In this document: positions 61,175 to 64,000 of the stretch, one piece after another
How the letters are laid out: each line of letters begins with the position of its first letter
Numbering within the stretch: position 1 is the stretch's first letter
NCBI GenBank assembly: GCA_037447605.1
Contig: CM074806.1
Span: 2,666,001-2,730,000 of the forward strand
Length of the DNA stretch: 64,000 bases
Origin: Zygnema circumcarinatum SAG 698-1b
Lineage: Eukaryota > Plantae > Zygnematophyceae
Direction of reading: 5' to 3'
The notes under the pieces: model-generated
What the model was told of the DNA's origin: nothing
Databases searched by the model: none
Seen by the model: the letters and a program-made list of their open reading frames with translations, nothing else
Made by a program: the position numbers and the translations under genes

Positions 61175-64000
61175 GCGTGCCGCGAAGATAGTGAGGTGCG
61201 ATGCGAAGCTGAGCCGCGATGGCATGCGGCCACCGGCGTCGATGTGCTGGCTGTAGGTTGGGGTGGTGTTGTGGAACACACTGCGGCTAAACATCGAGAT
61301 CGAAAGGTACGCGCGGCAACAAGATGGCGGTGACTGAACCTGTCGCGCAGCTAACGATGCTCTCACCGACTGGTCTCTTGGCCCGTCTAGTGATCGTGAT
61401 GGTGGCCAATGCGAGGATGAAGCACGGGCTGGGGGCGGCGGTGGCGAAGCGGACACAGCGGGTAAAGGTATTTATTTGGAAACTCACCCGACGGCGGTTG
61501 CTGAAATCGTACCCGATGGTAATGTGCCAGAGTAACGTCTACTTGAGCGAATGGGACGTCACCAAATATTTATGGTAATTCTTTCTCTCACAACATGGCA
61601 TGGAACTCTCTCTTCTCTCTCTATAACACTTGGCATGCATTTAGCAGCCTTGAAGAGAAAGACAGCCGCCGCAACAAATAAATACTAGAAAACCCGGCAA
61701 GGCATCGCGGCGCGCTCCCAGCCTGCTGCTTGACAATAAATCTTGAGAATAACTGGCCAGTAACGATCCTGACAACCAACTGCACTAGCAACGGCAATAC
61801 GTGGAGCTGCCGAATAGGTCAGCGAGCCTGTCGGCGGCGCTTAAGCGGTGTTCCCGGTGCGCTGGCGGATGATTAATGGCGTTCGTAGACACGCGCGCAT
61901 GGCGCGCCCTGTCTCCGTTGGCGGCTCACCAGACCCGCCCCGATAGTGACGCGAGGCATATGTCAAAAAGTACGGTGGCGACGCATCCGTCGAGCGCCTT
62001 CCGATACGCTACATCTGTATCTTGCGCCGCGCTAACGGCGTCAACAAAATATCAGAAACGATGATAACGTGGGCCGCTGGCAGTGTCGGAGAGCCGTCGG
62101 GCTTCGTAATGGAAATATCGGAAGAACGTATATCGGAAGCGGCCAGGCTGGCCGGAATGTAGGCGAAGGGGCAAAAAGTGGCGGAAGTCTGAAGAAATTA
62201 GCGGCGGGGTAGAAATGGACCCGGTAGGGAAGTAGTCATGGCGGGGTAGATGCGGAGGAGAACTCTTGTCGATGCATGAGCGATTAAACCATCGAGGAAG
62301 GAACGGCGTGGCGGCCGCGAATGCGATCCGGTGTGAGCGCCCGGTAGCAGGAGCGTTCCGCTGGGTCGGGGCCCTCGAAATGATATGGCCCAACACGGGA
62401 TCTCCGACGGGGTGACGAGATGAAGAAGGGGGCCCAACCCGCGGAAAAGCGTTGAGTGGTTTGGCGAGATTCACGAGCCAAATGGTGATGTGGCGCTACG
62501 ATTGGGCGAGGAGAGCGTGGCGTGAAGCCTCCCAAAGTGGGGTGAGTTATGCGTACGTGGCGGCTGGATTGAGGTGGTGGGAGGCCATGGAATCTAGGGT
62601 TTGGAAGCGGAGGGCCAGGAGCTGAAGCTGGGCGACCCGATCCGGGGGAGGCGCGTCATCGTAGAAGAGGGGCTCGGCGAGAGGAGGATCAAAAGGGAAT
62701 GCGGGGCTTCTGACCATAGAGGAGGCCGTGAGGGAGAGAAGCGTGGAGGTGGGCGGAGGTGTTATGCGTGAAGACGGGGAGAGGGATGACCTCGCGCCCG
62801 GTCCACTGCGGCTCAGCGCAGCAGCTGGACACCGCGCATCGCTGGCGAATGCAGATAGTACGTTCTGCAAACCCCGTTACGCGAGTATAGGCTAGGAATA
62901 CTTGATGAATGTCTGGAAGTCTGCATTAGCTTAGCGAGCCCACTTGTATTCAGTGCCATTGTCGAGTGGGCGAGTAGGGGAGAGTAGCGGTGAATGATGG
63001 CGTCTCGGAAGGCGGAAGTGGACGGAATGCTTAGATTACGTAGCGTGAACCTACACCCACTTGGTATATCACATCCCGCGGCTAGGAAAGACCCGAATGT
63101 AGCGAGAGGGTGTGGTAGGGGATAGAAAAAGGGGTCGATGTTCGATCTTGGCGCCCAGCGTATTGGGATCTCACCCATCTCGAGGGGTTAGCGTGCGGGG
63201 AGAAAAACTGCTTTAGCGTTGGCGGCGAGTGCGAGGTTTGATGTAGCGGCTCACTTGCGCCATGGAGGAGCCAATAGTAGCGCTCTGCCGCCGGGGCCAC
63301 CATCTTCTTACGTAGAGGGTGGAAGCTTTGCCCGGAGGTTGGGAATGGTGGGCGGCGTCGAGAATTTCCATAAGCTCGTTAGGGAATGGAGCGGGAAGGC
63401 GGAGGGAGGTAAAGAATAAATGCGTCATCATCGGCGAGAAGGGAATTTCCGGCGCGGCGGAAGCGACGAGCCCTCTCGGTGTCCCGTGACAAAATAGAGG
63501 CGGCGTCGCGAGAGTCATGGCGTAGCGAGAAGGGAGGTCGAGAATGGGCGTCATTGGCGGGAAATGGGGGAGGAAGAAGGGATTTTCACCGTAAATTAGA
63601 TCCATGAGGGAGTTCCCGCGGATCGCATGGGGGGTGGCCCGTGTAGGTGAAGTCGAGGGGGTCTTACCCGGTGATTGGAGGGTGGTGGCGCGTGGCGGAA
63701 TATCCCGATAATTCCATGCGAATATGACCTCATATGAGAGTCTTGCTCTGCGATAAAAGATCTCAATGGGAAGATGCTTCGAGGTTGGGGAGGGGTGGGT
63801 GGAGGGATGGAGTTGAGGAAACGGCGGATCGTGGCGAGAGGAGGGTAGGGGATTGCGGCTGAGGCCATTGCAGTGACTACGGCGGGGCGGTGGTGACTTT
63901 AGTACATTGTACTCCTCCAACCTATCACCCATGGAATTGCAAACTTAGGAAGTAGAGGCCAGCCATAATGTGCGGCCGGTGAGGGGCATGTGAAGTGGAT
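61175..64000 (-). mobile_element. Highly divergent inverted copy of the same element (integrase, 3' region, LTR), tail-to-tail with the 3' LTR; runs off the window
   Basis: The reverse complement of 63840-63960 matches 57160-57285, and that of 62560-62650 matches 58490-58600 (shared CGCTTCCAAACCCTAGATTCCATGGCCTCCCACCACCTC). An LTR start ACAGATGTAGCGTA lies on the minus strand at ~62013, and 62013-61175 aligns loosely with 60180-61174. Confidence 0.85.

Noticed and set aside
51511-61179. Target-site duplication for the LTR element
   Set aside because: Left flank AACGC and right flank GCGTG are not a direct repeat, and the right junction is the fold-back centre.

Overview
Eukaryotic nuclear DNA from a green plant. 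A streptophyte alga or non-seed plant is my inference from the gene set (SBPase, AXR4, HP30, FKBP53) and the GT-AG introns; the species cannot be named from this window. Bases 1-51.1 kb carry ten intron-rich genes in almost strictly alternating orientation: HP30-type Tim17/22 translocase subunit with SAM domain (-), FKBP53 (+), RAMP4/SERP1 (-), a ~1957-aa RIF1-like protein (+), LYRM1-like (-), AXR4-like (+), eIF3B (-), SBPase (+), proteasome beta-2/PBB (+) and a GH20 beta-hexosaminidase (-). I traced exon models by hand from splice sites and reading frame. Four of these promoter regions, plus the RAMP4-RIF1 intergenic region, contain dense clusters of (C)GTAC. In the RAMP4-RIF1 region the cluster is a 39-bp tandem array interrupted by an 885-bp non-autonomous hAT-like element with perfect 21-bp TIRs and an 8-bp TSD. 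Bases 51.5-64 kb are a Ty3/Gypsy LTR retroelement with an odd layout: an intact 672-aa Gag with two zinc knuckles lies ANTISENSE to the LTRs and to the frameshifted pol. There is no recognisable tRNA PBS or PPT, and the 3' part is followed by a noisier inverted (fold-back) copy. A 10-N gap and indel-rich divergence mean assembly artefact cannot be excluded for this region. No rRNA, tRNA or CRISPR features were found.
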